A stretch of DNA of 32,000 nt, taken from assembly GCF_000803625.1 (NCBI RefSeq), contig NZ_CP007496.1, positions 510,001 through 542,000 on the forward strand. Reading direction: 5' to 3'. The notes under the pieces are model-generated. The model saw only the letters and a program-made list of their open reading frames with translations. It had not been told where the DNA came from and did no database searches. Origin of the DNA: Candidatus Nanosynbacter lyticus. GTDB lineage: Bacteria > Patescibacteriota > Saccharimonadia > Saccharimonadales > Saccharimonadaceae. Position 1 is the stretch's first letter; each line of letters opens with the position of its first letter. The position numbers and the translations under genes were made by a program. This document shows positions 1 through 9,427 of this stretch, piece by piece.

Positions 1-29
1 TTTTAGTAGGACGCTGCGCCAGAAGTACC

Positions 30-506
30 TTATATGCATAATCTTGAACTTCTAGGACTGCACAATTTACGATATTCTTTGGGTATATTTTTTCCATTAA
101 TCCACCGCACCTCAATTATCTCAAAATTACACTTTATATCTTGAGTTGACGCACATGCGGCAAACACCCGAACTGGAAAGGCGAGATACGATTCATGAGA
201 ATTAGCTTTTCCGAGATATCGCAAATTATCTATTTTTATTCCAACCTCTCCCAGGATCTCTCTCGCAGCAGCCTGTTCATAACCCTCATTACGATTCACG
301 CCGCCGCCCGGCAAGGCCCATTCTTGGCGACTAAAGCGACTCTTTACTAGTAAAATATCGCCATCATCACGATAAATAATCACCCGCACGCGATCTTTTT
401 TCGGTCCAAGCTTAAACACCAGTGACATTACGCAGGCAATTCCACGAAAAATTGCTCGCCCAAATACACTGAACATCTTACTAATGACTGATTCTTTATA
501 AGCCAT
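30..506 (-). CDS. NUDIX hydrolase (MutT-like)
   Basis: ORF 30..518. Nudix box LPGGGVNRNEGYEQAAAREILGEVGI. I place the start at ATG 506 (MAYKES...), which has GGTGGA 4 nt upstream; the codon at 518 is TTG. Confidence 0.8.
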   Translation of the reverse strand: MAYKESVISKMFSVFGRAIFRGIACVMSLVFKLGPKKDRVRVIIYRDDGDILLVKSRFSRQEWALPGGGVNRNEGYEQAAAREILGEVGIKIDNLRYLGKANSHESYLAFPVRVFAACASTQDIKCNFEIIEVRWINGKNIPKEYRKLCSPRSSRLCI

Positions 507-548
507 GAAATCCACCAATTTGGTAGAGTTTTTTATTTTAACGATAAC

Positions 549-944
549 TTATTCTGTGGTTACGCCATCAAAATCTTCTTCGTTGGCTTCCGCCTCTTCG
601 CGTGTCGCCCGAACAATGCCATCTTTGTGATGTGCTGGGCTATAAATCGTGTAGAGCTTAAGCGGCTCTTCGCCAGTATTTATCACATTATGCTCAGCAC
701 CTGCTGGCACGATGATAGCGCTACCATCAGACACAACATACTCATTGCCATCAATCAAAACCTTGCCCTGGCCTGCCTCAAATCGGAAAAATTGATCATT
801 CTCCTCATGAATCTCTGAACCAATTTCACCACCAACTGGCAGGCTCATCAATACCAATTGACAATGCTTCGCCGTATACAGCACCTGGCGAAAATTATCA
901 TTCTGCACTGTCAATTCTTCAATATTTCCATTAAAACCCTTCAT
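549..944 (-). CDS. Cupin-domain protein
   Basis: 131 aa. Cupin_2-like core GGEIGSEIHEENDQFF...IIVPAGAEHNVINTG. GGAGG lies 6 nt upstream of the ATG. Confidence 0.75.
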   Translation of the reverse strand: MKGFNGNIEELTVQNDNFRQVLYTAKHCQLVLMSLPVGGEIGSEIHEENDQFFRFEAGQGKVLIDGNEYVVSDGSAIIVPAGAEHNVINTGEEPLKLYTIYSPAHHKDGIVRATREEAEANEEDFDGVTTE

Positions 945-969
945 AAAAATCCTCCTTTTAACTTAATTT

Positions 970-1299
970 CTACTTTGCGGCTTTTTCTAAAGCATCGATC
1001 AGCGTTTGCTTCGGTTTCATGCCAACCATCTCCTCAACAATTTCACCGCCAACAAAAACCTTCATATTCGGAATACCTTGAACGCGATAGTCCATAGCCA
1101 ACTGCGCATTTTCCTGGCTGGCTTCAGTATCGACTTTGACGACATCAAACTCAGTTTCTTCAGCAATTTGATGTAAAATTGGCGCCATCGCTCGGCACGG
1201 CGGACACCATGGCGCCCAAAAATCAACCAGCACTGGCTTGTCGTTTTTTAATACTTTCTCTTCAAATTCTTGTTTTGTTGTAATCTCATATAACGCCAT
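970..1299 (-). CDS. trxA: Thioredoxin (WCPPC active-site variant)
   Basis: DFWAPWCPPCR motif and thioredoxin-fold length. Start taken at ATG 1299 (MALYEIT...), with AAGGAGG 5 nt upstream. It overlaps the upstream stop codon as TAATG. The track's longer start at 1320 lacks an RBS. Confidence 0.9.
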   Translation of the reverse strand: MALYEITTKQEFEEKVLKNDKPVLVDFWAPWCPPCRAMAPILHQIAEETEFDVVKVDTEASQENAQLAMDYRVQGIPNMKVFVGGEIVEEMVGMKPKQTLIDALEKAAK

Positions 1300-1691
1300 T
1301 ATTTCCTCCTTTTCTGGCATTTTTTACACATCCCCATTATTACTAACGGTCCATCAAAATAACAATCGTCCATTTCACATGCAATTTGCTTTTTCACTTC
1401 TTCTGCAATTATGATATCTCGCAAATTATCACAATTATCGCACAAAAAATGATCGTGTGGATCTACGCAAGCATCATAACGCAAACAGCCTCGCTTTGTC
1501 GGCGGAGCCAAGCCAATCAACCCATCTCCATGTAGACGTTGAGTAACGCGGTGCACTGTCGTATCACTAACATCAGAGTAAGTATCTCGCAGCACCTGAG
1601 CAATATCCGAATTTGTCGCATGATGTTTATTTTTTAATATCACCAGCACGTCGTTCGTGTATTTTGTTAAGCGCCTAACTACTTGCGTCAT
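1299..1691 (-). CDS. Fur-family metalloregulator (PerR/Zur-like)
   Basis: 130 aa. N-terminal winged-helix segment (TTVHRVTQRLHGDGLI). HDHFLCDNCDN and C-terminal GMCKKCQ match the Fur-family HxHxxCxxC...CxxC zinc site. Confidence 0.8.
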   Translation of the reverse strand: MTQVVRRLTKYTNDVLVILKNKHHATNSDIAQVLRDTYSDVSDTTVHRVTQRLHGDGLIGLAPPTKRGCLRYDACVDPHDHFLCDNCDNLRDIIIAEEVKKQIACEMDDCYFDGPLVIMGMCKKCQKRRK

Positions 1692-1697
1692 GTTACT

Positions 1698-1716
1698 ATT
1701 GTAAATTATTTACAAT
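1698..1716. promoter_or_regulatory. Perfect 19-bp palindrome ATTGTAAAT-T-ATTTACAAT, a candidate Fur-family operator
   Basis: 9-1-9 inverted repeat read directly from the sequence. It ends 6 nt upstream of the regulator's ATG and contains that gene's candidate -10. It has the same architecture as the AT-rich 7-1-7 Fur/PerR/Zur boxes. Confidence 0.55.
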
Positions 1717-1726
1717 AAATAAACAA
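1698..1726 (-). promoter_or_regulatory. Candidate promoter of the Fur-family gene (TTGTTT-17-TACAAT, then 6 nt to ATG)
   Basis: Minus strand: -35 TTGTTT (1726..1721), 17-nt spacer, -10 TACAAT (1703..1698), then agtaac, then ATG at 1691. There is no SD, which implies a leaderless transcript. Confidence 0.45.
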
Positions 1727-1743
1727 GTGTTTTGCAACAACAA

Positions 1744-1772
1744 TTGACTTAAGATAGCTAATTCAATATAAT
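1744..1772 (+). promoter_or_regulatory. Sigma70-type promoter TTGACT-17-TATAAT for the ABC exporter
   Basis: TTGACT 1744..1749, exact 17-nt spacer, TATAAT 1767..1772. It sits back-to-back with the divergent regulator promoter. Confidence 0.55.
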
Positions 1773-1947
1773 AACCCAAGTCTATGAACTCAAATGAGTT
1801 CCTCTAATCAAATCAATTTTCATTACTCTATAGCAAATCAACGAGCTATTGTAACATGGTTATTTAAGGGTAATTATTCGTTAGCGACCAAGTATCCGAT
1901 AATAAATAACCAAGCTCATAAACGCCTCTTCATAGAAAGGAGCCAAT

Positions 1948-3720
1948 TTGAAAAATAAATTAAATAACAAAGAAATATTAAGTTTATTTTGGCGAGCATC
2001 ATCACCTTATAAACACCGTCGAAACTTAACGATATTTTTTGCAATCATCACACTTGCCGTTACTATTTTTGTTGGTCCGTTGATTATTGCCCAACTATTA
2101 AGCATCATCCAACATAACCAGCTACACGATTCTAACAATTTATGGATGTTAATTGGCCTATACGGCGTCAGTCAACTGTGGTCAAGCGTCATCGGCTGGC
2201 GTTTAGTTTTATACCTGGCCTGGACATTTGAAACAGCCATGCAGCGCGATTTATACGTACGATGTTTTAGCAAATTAACTAATCAAACTATGTTTTTCCA
2301 CTCCAGTAAATTCAGTGGTTCACTAGTCAGTCAAACCAACAAATTAAGCGGCGCTACCGAGCGTTTTTGGGATACCATTATTTGGTCAATTTTGCCCCTA
2401 GCGATTTCCTTAATTGGCTCAATCATCGTCCTATCTACTCTGCTCTGGCAATACGCATTATTCCTACTAATTCTCTCGATTGTCTTTAGTGTTGTCGTCT
2501 ATTACGGATCTAAGCCAATGGCTAGATTGAACAAGAAGGAGGCTAAAGCTAGCAATAAATTAAGCGGGCAATTGGCGGATGTGCTTTCAAATGTTTTGGC
2601 CGTAAAGTCATCTGGTGCTGAAGCGACAGAACAGCAGCGTTTCAAAAAAACTGTTAGCTCATGGCGCAGCGCCAGCCTTGATACAATGCATGGATTTCTA
2701 AAAGTCAGCACTGTCTACTCAACCATCAATATGTTGATTAAAATAGGAGCAATTATCTTTGCGGTATATGCCGCTCAGCATAACCTAGTTTCAGTAGCCG
2801 CAGTCTACCTTATCATCACTTATACCAGTAGTGTCGCCCACGAACTATGGAACATGAACGGCATTATGCGTAGCTATAACCGTATCATTGGCGACGCCCA
2901 CGAAATGGTAGAAATTCTTCAAACACCAACAACACTGGTTGACCGAAGTGACGCGAAACTTGACGTTACGCGCGGTGGTATCGTAATGGACAATATCACT
3001 TTTACGCACGACGAGGGTCAAGGTGATACACTATTTCATGATTTCTCGCTCAATATTCAGCCGGGTGAAAAAATTGGCCTAGTTGGATCAAGTGGCTCCG
3101 GCAAGACTACCCTGACTAAATTACTATTACGATTTGCCGATATTGACTCGGGCGAGATTACCATCGACTCGCAAGATATTGCCGAGGTTACCCAAGCAAG
3201 CCTGCGCGAACAAATCGCCTACGTGCCGCAAGAGCCACTACTATTTCACCGTTCGGTACGTGAGAATATCGCCTATGGTCAGCCTGACGCGACTGATGCT
3301 GAAATTGAACGTGCCGCCAAAAAAGCTGGCGCCTATGATTTTATTATCAAGCTGCAAGATGGTTTCGATACAATGGTTGGTGAGCGCGGCGTGAAACTGT
3401 CAGGTGGTCAGAGGCAACGTATCGCCATTGCCAGGGCGATTTTGAAAGATGCGCCAATCCTGGTTCTTGATGAAGCGACCTCAGCATTAGACTCAGAATC
3501 AGAAGCACTAATCCAAAAGTCGCTGGAAACTCTAATGAAGGGCCGAACTTCAATTGTCATCGCACACCGCTTATCAACCATCGCCAAGCTGGATCGTATA
3601 ATTGTCTTAGAAAACGGGCACATCGTTGAAGACGGTTCACACGAGCAGCTGCTTGCCAAAAAACGTGGCGTTTATGCAAAACTGTGGGCACGGCAGTCCG
3701 GCGGATTCATTGAAGAGTAG
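1948..3720 (+). CDS. ABC exporter, fused permease/ATPase (MsbA/type I exporter-like)
   Basis: 590 aa. N-terminal domain of about 6 TM helices. Walker A GSSGSGKTT, signature LSGGQRQR, Walker B ILVLDEATSALD. TTG start with AAGGAG 5 nt upstream. Confidence 0.9.
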   Translation: MKNKLNNKEILSLFWRASSPYKHRRNLTIFFAIITLAVTIFVGPLIIAQLLSIIQHNQLHDSNNLWMLIGLYGVSQLWSSVIGWRLVLYLAWTFETAMQRDLYVRCFSKLTNQTMFFHSSKFSGSLVSQTNKLSGATERFWDTIIWSILPLAISLIGSIIVLSTLLWQYALFLLILSIVFSVVVYYGSKPMARLNKKEAKASNKLSGQLADVLSNVLAVKSSGAEATEQQRFKKTVSSWRSASLDTMHGFLKVSTVYSTINMLIKIGAIIFAVYAAQHNLVSVAAVYLIITYTSSVAHELWNMNGIMRSYNRIIGDAHEMVEILQTPTTLVDRSDAKLDVTRGGIVMDNITFTHDEGQGDTLFHDFSLNIQPGEKIGLVGSSGSGKTTLTKLLLRFADIDSGEITIDSQDIAEVTQASLREQIAYVPQEPLLFHRSVRENIAYGQPDATDAEIERAAKKAGAYDFIIKLQDGFDTMVGERGVKLSGGQRQRIAIARAILKDAPILVLDEATSALDSESEALIQKSLETLMKGRTSIVIAHRLSTIAKLDRIIVLENGHIVEDGSHEQLLAKKRGVYAKLWARQSGGFIEE

Positions 3721-3743
3721 GCAAATTTATCGCATTATAATTA

Positions 3744-3752
3744 TGCTATAAT
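3744..3752 (+). promoter_or_regulatory. Extended -10 (TGcTATAAT), 6 nt upstream of the dedA ATG
   Basis: TGCTATAAT-tgacgt-ATG(3759). There is no SD. Confidence 0.5.
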
Positions 3753-3758
3753 TGACGT

Positions 3759-4409
3759 ATGGAATCTTTCATTCACTTGATTACGAGCTTTGGTGTAATA
3801 GCAATTTTATTAGTAGTTTTCGCAGAGTCTGGACTGCTGATTGGATTTGTACTACCGGGAGATAGTTTACTTTTTACTTCCGGCTACATGGTGCAACAAA
3901 ATATTCTACATATTGATATTCATATTTTTGCACTTTTAATTTTTATTGCAGCAGTGTTAGGAGACAGTGTTGGCTATAGTTTTGGTCATAAGGTTGGGAG
4001 AAAATTATTCGAGAAAGAAAACTCTCGCTTTTTCAAGAAAAAATATTTAGAGCAAACTGAAAAATTCTACGATAAGCACGGCTCAGTTACCATCGTCCTA
4101 GCTAGGTTTGTGCCAATTGTGAGAACTTTTGCGCCAATTGTTGCCGGTGCTAGTAAAATGCATTATAAAACTTTCCTAGCCTTTAATATTGTGGGAGGTT
4201 TTCTATGGTCATCGCTATTTGTCTATCTAGGTTTTTATGCCGGCGAATTCCTCACCAAAGCTGGTGTTAACATCGAAGTCGCCGCAATCCTCATCATCTT
4301 CTTGTCAGTCCTGCCAATGCTTATCCACGCACTGAAACAGCCAAACACTCGCGCTCTACTGCGCAAACAACTACTGATACTACTCACAAAAACTAAACGC
4401 AAGAAATAG
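3759..4409 (+). CDS. dedA: DedA/SNARE-associated family membrane protein
   Basis: 216 aa, multi-TM. Contains the family-typical LPGDSLLFTSGY and FVPIVRTFAPIVAG segments. Confidence 0.85.
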   Translation: MESFIHLITSFGVIAILLVVFAESGLLIGFVLPGDSLLFTSGYMVQQNILHIDIHIFALLIFIAAVLGDSVGYSFGHKVGRKLFEKENSRFFKKKYLEQTEKFYDKHGSVTIVLARFVPIVRTFAPIVAGASKMHYKTFLAFNIVGGFLWSSLFVYLGFYAGEFLTKAGVNIEVAAILIIFLSVLPMLIHALKQPNTRALLRKQLLILLTKTKRKK

Positions 4410-4411
4410 AT

Positions 4412-7222
4412 CTAAAGCATTTTCTTAAGATACTTACCGGTAAAGGACTCTGGTGCTTTAGTGATGTCTTCAGGAGTACCGCTAGCCACCACCGTACCGC
4501 CACCAATTCCACCTTCAGGCCCCATATCAATCACCCAGTCAGCCGACTTGATGACATCCAGATTATGCTCAATAATAATCATACTATTACCGCCGTCAAC
4601 CAGCTGCTGCAAAATCCCCAGCAATCGCTTAACGTCAGCCGAGTGAAGCCCGGTTGTTGGCTCGTCTAGAATATACATAGTTTTTCCAGTGGATCGCTTA
4701 GACAACTCTGTCGCTAGTTTAATCCGCTGCGCCTCACCACCAGAAAAAGTAGTTGCCGGCTGACCGAGCTTAATATAGCCCAGACCAACCTCCACTAACG
4801 TCTGTAATTTCCGGGCAATATTAGGCACGCTGTCAAAAAAGCTCGCAGCCTGGTCAATGGTCATATCTAACACGTCAGCAATTGTCTTATCTTTATATTT
4901 AATCTCCAACGCCTCACGGTTATAGCGTTTGCCATGACATTCGTCACACTGAACATAAACATCCGGTAAAAAGTGCATTTCAATTTTTATCACACCATCA
5001 CCCTGGCAATTTTCGCAGCGACCGCCCTTGACGTTAAAACTGAACCGCCCAGCTTTATAGCCGCGAACATTAGCCTCAGGCGTGCTAGCAAATAGCTCAC
5101 GAATTGGCGTAAAAATGCCAGTGTAGGTTGCTGGATTAGAGCGCGGCGTGCGGCCAATTGGTGACTGGTCGATGACAATAGCTTTATCCAGCAGGTTAAC
5201 GCCATCAATTGTTTTATGTAGACCAGGAGCCGTAGTTGACCTATTAAGTCGCGCCGCCAACTCACGAGCTACAATATCGTTAACTAGTGTCGATTTACCG
5301 CTACCCGAAACTCCTGACACCACTGTCATTAGCCCCAGCGGAAACGCCACATCGATATTCTTCAGATTATTTTCGCGAGCACCCCGAACAACCAATTGCC
5401 TGTCCTTCATAATCTTACGCCGCTTTTTTGGTACGGCAATTTTTTCTACACCCGATAAATAGCGGCCAGTAATGCTATCTTGGTTCTTTGCCACCACATC
5501 AGGTGCACCCGTTGCCACTACTCGACCGCCATTCACGCCAGCACCCGGTCCCATATCAACCAGAAAATCACTTTGCCGAATAGTGTCTTCATCATGCTCA
5601 ACTACCAGCACAGAATTACCTAAATCACGAAGACGTTTTAGCATGTCAATCAATTTGTCATTATCACGTTGATGCAAGCCAATTGACGGCTCATCAAGCA
5701 CGTAAAGCACGCCCTGCAGCCCAGCCCCAATCTGCGTCGCCAGCCTAATTCGCTGCGCCTCTCCACCACTTAACGTATTAGCTGCCCGACTTAGTTCCAA
5801 ATAGTTCAGGCCAACATTACTCATAAACGTCAAGCGCGACTTAATCTCCTTTAAAATAAGCCGCGCAATGGCCATCTCTTGCTCAGTTAGATTCAATTTA
5901 TTAAACAAATCCAACGCGTCATCGACACTCAAATCGCACACATCGACAATATTCAAATCATGGACCGTGACCGCCAAAACTGCTGGCTTTAAGCGCGCAC
6001 CCCTACACGCATAACAATCCCGCTCGCGCATAAACCGCTCAATATCCCGCCGCACAAAATCACTATCAGTTTCTCGCCAGCGCCGTTCCAAATTAGGAAT
6101 AACCCCCTCATACGTCGTTTCGTAGTGTCGCCCACCACCCAACTCTACACGATATTTCTGATCGCCAGTACCGTATAAAATCTTCTGCTTAGCATCATCG
6201 GGTAATTTGCCTACCGGTACTCGCAAGCTAAAATCATGCGCCTCGCTCACAGACGCTAGCCGCTTCATATTCCAAGCATCAGAATTCATCCTATTATACG
6301 GCCGAATCGCACCCTCAGAAATTGTCAAATTATTATTAAAAACCAATTCCGGGTCAATCTCCAGCCTTGACCCCAAACCAGTACATGTCGGGCAAGCACC
6401 CTGTGGAGCGTTAAAGCTAAACAGCCTTGGCTCTAACTCTGGAATATCAACGTCAGGATGGTCAACACAAGCATATCGTTGCGAAAATGTTTTTACATCA
6501 CCGCTATCAGCCTCTAAAACCTCGAGGACTCCTTGCCCAAGTTCTAGCGACTGCTCGACACTCTGACTTAAGCGTGAACGCATTTCACCACTCAGAGCCA
6601 ATCGATCAACCACCAACTCAATATTATGCTTGTAACTTTTTTGCAATTCTGGAAACTCATCTAGCGCATACACTACGCCGTCAACGCGCACTCTGGCATA
6701 ACCAAGCCGCTGATATTGCTCTGGAATATGCGCAAACTCACCCTTTTTATTTTTGACAATTGGTGCCAATAGTAAAATTCGCTTATCAACAAATTGCCGT
6801 AAAATCTCATCAATAATCGTCTCAGCCGTGCGCCGTGTCACTTCATTGCCACAAACTGGACAATGCGGTACGCCAATTCTGGCAAACAACAGTCGCAAAT
6901 AATCATAAATTTCTGTCACCGTCGCCACTGTGGAGCGCGGGTTGCGGCTAGTTGATTTCTGGTCGATTGAAATAGCTGGACTTAGACCTTCAATTGAATC
7001 AACATCAGGCTTATCCATCGTCCCTAAAAACTGACGAGCGTACGAGTTTAAGCTCTCCATATAGCGACGCTGACCTTCAGCATAAATCGTATCAAACGCT
7101 AGACTGGATTTGCCTGATCCGCTCAGCCCCGTAATCACAACTAATTTATCACGTGGAATCTCAATATCCACGTTCCTTAAATTATGTTCACGAGCGCCTT
7201 TGACGCGAATCACCTCTGCCAT
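4412..7222 (-). CDS. uvrA: Excinuclease ABC subunit A
   Basis: 936 aa. N-terminus [50 protein letters not shown]. Two ABC modules (GLSGSGKS and GVSGSGKST, two LSGGE signatures). Zn-finger CxxC pairs. Confidence 0.97.
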   Translation of the reverse strand: MAEVIRVKGAREHNLRNVDIEIPRDKLVVITGLSGSGKSSLAFDTIYAEGQRRYMESLNSYARQFLGTMDKPDVDSIEGLSPAISIDQKSTSRNPRSTVATVTEIYDYLRLLFARIGVPHCPVCGNEVTRRTAETIIDEILRQFVDKRILLLAPIVKNKKGEFAHIPEQYQRLGYARVRVDGVVYALDEFPELQKSYKHNIELVVDRLALSGEMRSRLSQSVEQSLELGQGVLEVLEADSGDVKTFSQRYACVDHPDVDIPELEPRLFSFNAPQGACPTCTGLGSRLEIDPELVFNNNLTISEGAIRPYNRMNSDAWNMKRLASVSEAHDFSLRVPVGKLPDDAKQKILYGTGDQKYRVELGGGRHYETTYEGVIPNLERRWRETDSDFVRRDIERFMRERDCYACRGARLKPAVLAVTVHDLNIVDVCDLSVDDALDLFNKLNLTEQEMAIARLILKEIKSRLTFMSNVGLNYLELSRAANTLSGGEAQRIRLATQIGAGLQGVLYVLDEPSIGLHQRDNDKLIDMLKRLRDLGNSVLVVEHDEDTIRQSDFLVDMGPGAGVNGGRVVATGAPDVVAKNQDSITGRYLSGVEKIAVPKKRRKIMKDRQLVVRGARENNLKNIDVAFPLGLMTVVSGVSGSGKSTLVNDIVARELAARLNRSTTAPGLHKTIDGVNLLDKAIVIDQSPIGRTPRSNPATYTGIFTPIRELFASTPEANVRGYKAGRFSFNVKGGRCENCQGDGVIKIEMHFLPDVYVQCDECHGKRYNREALEIKYKDKTIADVLDMTIDQAASFFDSVPNIARKLQTLVEVGLGYIKLGQPATTFSGGEAQRIKLATELSKRSTGKTMYILDEPTTGLHSADVKRLLGILQQLVDGGNSMIIIEHNLDVIKSADWVIDMGPEGGIGGGTVVASGTPEDITKAPESFTGKYLKKML

Positions 7223-7343
7223 AACCGCTATATTATATAGGTTTTTAACTAATTTTTCCAGCCTAAGTGCTAATGTAAATCTAATTTAAAACATATTATG
7301 CTTATGATTGCAAGTGAATATCTTATTTGTTACAGTTAAATTT

Positions 7344-7730
7344 ATGAGAAAGTTGGGCATTTACTTAATTGTGATATCTGGAGCGATATTGATCGCACCT
7401 TTTATGGTTGACCAACTATTTTTCTTCTTTTTCATCGGCAAAATCCCCTTCACCAACATCCACTTATCGGCAATTTCGATGGTTATTTTCTGGGCGGCCA
7501 CCATACCGCTAGCTATTATTCTTAGGAAGTCGTTATCGGCGCTAGTTTGGAAAATTATTGATGTCGCTAGCGAACTCACCCAACGACGCATAAATCGGAC
7601 ATTTCGTCAGTTTACGCCAGATCGAAAAAACGAACTTGCTCTAGTGGCGACTTACCTTCTTTACCAAACAAAGAAGAGCGAGCCTGGCTCCAATATTGAA
7701 CCTCAAAAGCTCGCTCCGTCTTTAACTTAA
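7344..7730 (+). CDS. Hypothetical small membrane protein
   Basis: ORF 7308..7730, whose first codon is TTG. I prefer ATG 7344 (MRKLGIYLIV...), which is preceded by TGtTACAGT plus 7 nt. Two or three predicted TM helices. No recognisable family. Confidence 0.45.
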   Translation: MRKLGIYLIVISGAILIAPFMVDQLFFFFFIGKIPFTNIHLSAISMVIFWAATIPLAIILRKSLSALVWKIIDVASELTQRRINRTFRQFTPDRKNELALVATYLLYQTKKSEPGSNIEPQKLAPSLT

Positions 7731-7741
7731 TTAGTCATTAA

Positions 7742-9364
7742 TTAAATATATCGTTTTAAAACTATTCCGCCGGCAATAACTACGATAGCTAAACCACCAA
7801 TCGCCCAAACAGAAGCTCCTGTATTGGCAAGACCTCCAGATTTACCACCCTTAGGAGTGATGCCTGCTGGATTAGATGCTGCACCCGCTGGAGTAGCTGG
7901 AGATGCAGGATCATTCACTACGCCGAAATAAACTGGGTCAGTAATGACACTGTTTGCAGTATGGTCATCGTCATTATTAGCACCGTCGACCACTTTATAT
8001 GACACTGTCGTAACTGTCTTACCGGCAATAGTTTCATTTTTAATTACAGCTTGGCTAGTTATATCCTGTAGATTAGCCGTAGCTGAATCCTTTTTATAAA
8101 CTCGCACCTTCGAAACGTCATATTGGCTTGCAAGAGACACTGTAATATCTGACGAGGCCGACGCTTGGGTACAATTAATATTGAACGATAAGCCTCCCAA
8201 AATCTTTATTCGCGCCTCGGTAGGTGTAATACCGTCAGCAGACAGAGACTTAACTGATGAGGCGACAATGTCATAGCAACGAAGCGATTTAGCCGCAATA
8301 GTAGACTTAGCTACTGCATTATCTGTGTTTGCTGGAGCAGACTTTGTACTTACGTCAAAAGTCTTAGTCTGAGTTAATTGTAGTGTGCCTAAACGATAGA
8401 TGTTATTATTTGCTGTTGCAAAGATTTTAGAGCCATCAGCGGTCATTGAGATAGAACCACCTTCAAATTTTTCACTACCCCACTGTTGCCAAGTCTTACC
8501 ACCGTCTACCGATGAAGCGACCGGTGCCCATGACGGATAGTAACTATCTGGCTCAAGGGTGACAAATAATCTTTTACCGTCATTGCTAATACCTATCCGT
8601 GAGACGTCATTAGACGAAACCTCATGACCTGGTATCGGAGAGATTGAGCTCCAATTAGTACCCCCATCAACCGAAACCTTTTTGCCATCAAATATACTAG
8701 CACCATTAGCACTAAAAGCTGCGCCAAAATGAGCTCCGTCTTTGACAATCTCCCAGGTTGCACCATAATCTGTTGATTGCTTGAGGTCACCATAAGTCGT
8801 AAGCATCATCTTACCGCCGTTGAATACAGCATTAGGACATTCATCACCCTTTTGCACCCAAGTCTGACCATTATCCCTGGAGACATACAGAGGTCCGCCG
8901 TACCCACACTTGGTCAAAGTAGAGCCGTCAGGACTCATGCGTAGACTTGCATCACTTTCTACTGGTGCGGCTGGAGTCGTCCAGCTACTACCGCCATCAG
9001 TGGATACATAAATGTTATTTTGTCCATATTTGCCTTGTACTACCAACTTGGAGCCGTCTGTATTTGTCAATAAGTTAATTGCCCCTTCTGGCGCTGCGCT
9101 ACTGCTCCAGTTTGCGCCGCCATCAGTAGAAACCAGAAGCTTCCGATCATTAAAAGTGGCACCCTCCTGCAGCACAATCAACTTCGAACCATCAGAGCTA
9201 ATACGTGACTCTTTGACCTTACCGCCTGGTATCGTTATATCCTTCCAGCTATATGCAGCCTCTGCCTTAGCGAAAGGCGCAAACATCGCAGCCAAAGAGA
9301 CTACAGACACAGCAAAGAAAATTGATATGCCTCCATATATTTTACGTTTCTTTCTAGACGACAT
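7742..9364 (-). CDS. Secreted, sortase-anchored BNR/Asp-box beta-propeller surface protein
   Basis: Signal peptide (...FAPFAKA/EAA). Six Asp-boxes: STDGGANW, STDGGSSW, SRDNGQTW, STDYGATW, SVDGGTNW, SVDGGKTW. A C-terminal Ig-like region follows. Cell-wall sorting signal: LANTG (7831..7817), a hydrophobic stretch, then KRYI. GGAGG RBS. Confidence 0.8.
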   Translation of the reverse strand: MSSRKKRKIYGGISIFFAVSVVSLAAMFAPFAKAEAAYSWKDITIPGGKVKESRISSDGSKLIVLQEGATFNDRKLLVSTDGGANWSSSAAPEGAINLLTNTDGSKLVVQGKYGQNNIYVSTDGGSSWTTPAAPVESDASLRMSPDGSTLTKCGYGGPLYVSRDNGQTWVQKGDECPNAVFNGGKMMLTTYGDLKQSTDYGATWEIVKDGAHFGAAFSANGASIFDGKKVSVDGGTNWSSISPIPGHEVSSNDVSRIGISNDGKRLFVTLEPDSYYPSWAPVASSVDGGKTWQQWGSEKFEGGSISMTADGSKIFATANNNIYRLGTLQLTQTKTFDVSTKSAPANTDNAVAKSTIAAKSLRCYDIVASSVKSLSADGITPTEARIKILGGLSFNINCTQASASSDITVSLASQYDVSKVRVYKKDSATANLQDITSQAVIKNETIAGKTVTTVSYKVVDGANNDDDHTANSVITDPVYFGVVNDPASPATPAGAASNPAGITPKGGKSGGLANTGASVWAIGGLAIVVIAGGIVLKRYI

Positions 9365-9427
9365 TAGTCACCCTCCTGTTAAGTTAATATAATTCAAATA
9401 GCATAACCATAATATCACAGCTAGAGA

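Noticed and set aside
4407-4414. Palindrome TAGATCTA formed by the convergent stop codons of dedA and uvrA, which are only 2 nt apart.
   Set aside because: It is simply two TAG stops facing each other. There is no room for a terminator or a binding site. It is noted only as evidence of extreme compaction and probable convergent read-through.
7223-7307. SOS (LexA/Cheo-box, GAAC-N4-GTTC) operator upstream of uvrA.
   Set aside because: No GAAC-N4-GTTC or CTGT-N8-ACAG-like palindrome is present in the 85-bp upstream region. It contains only AT-rich promoter-like hexamers.
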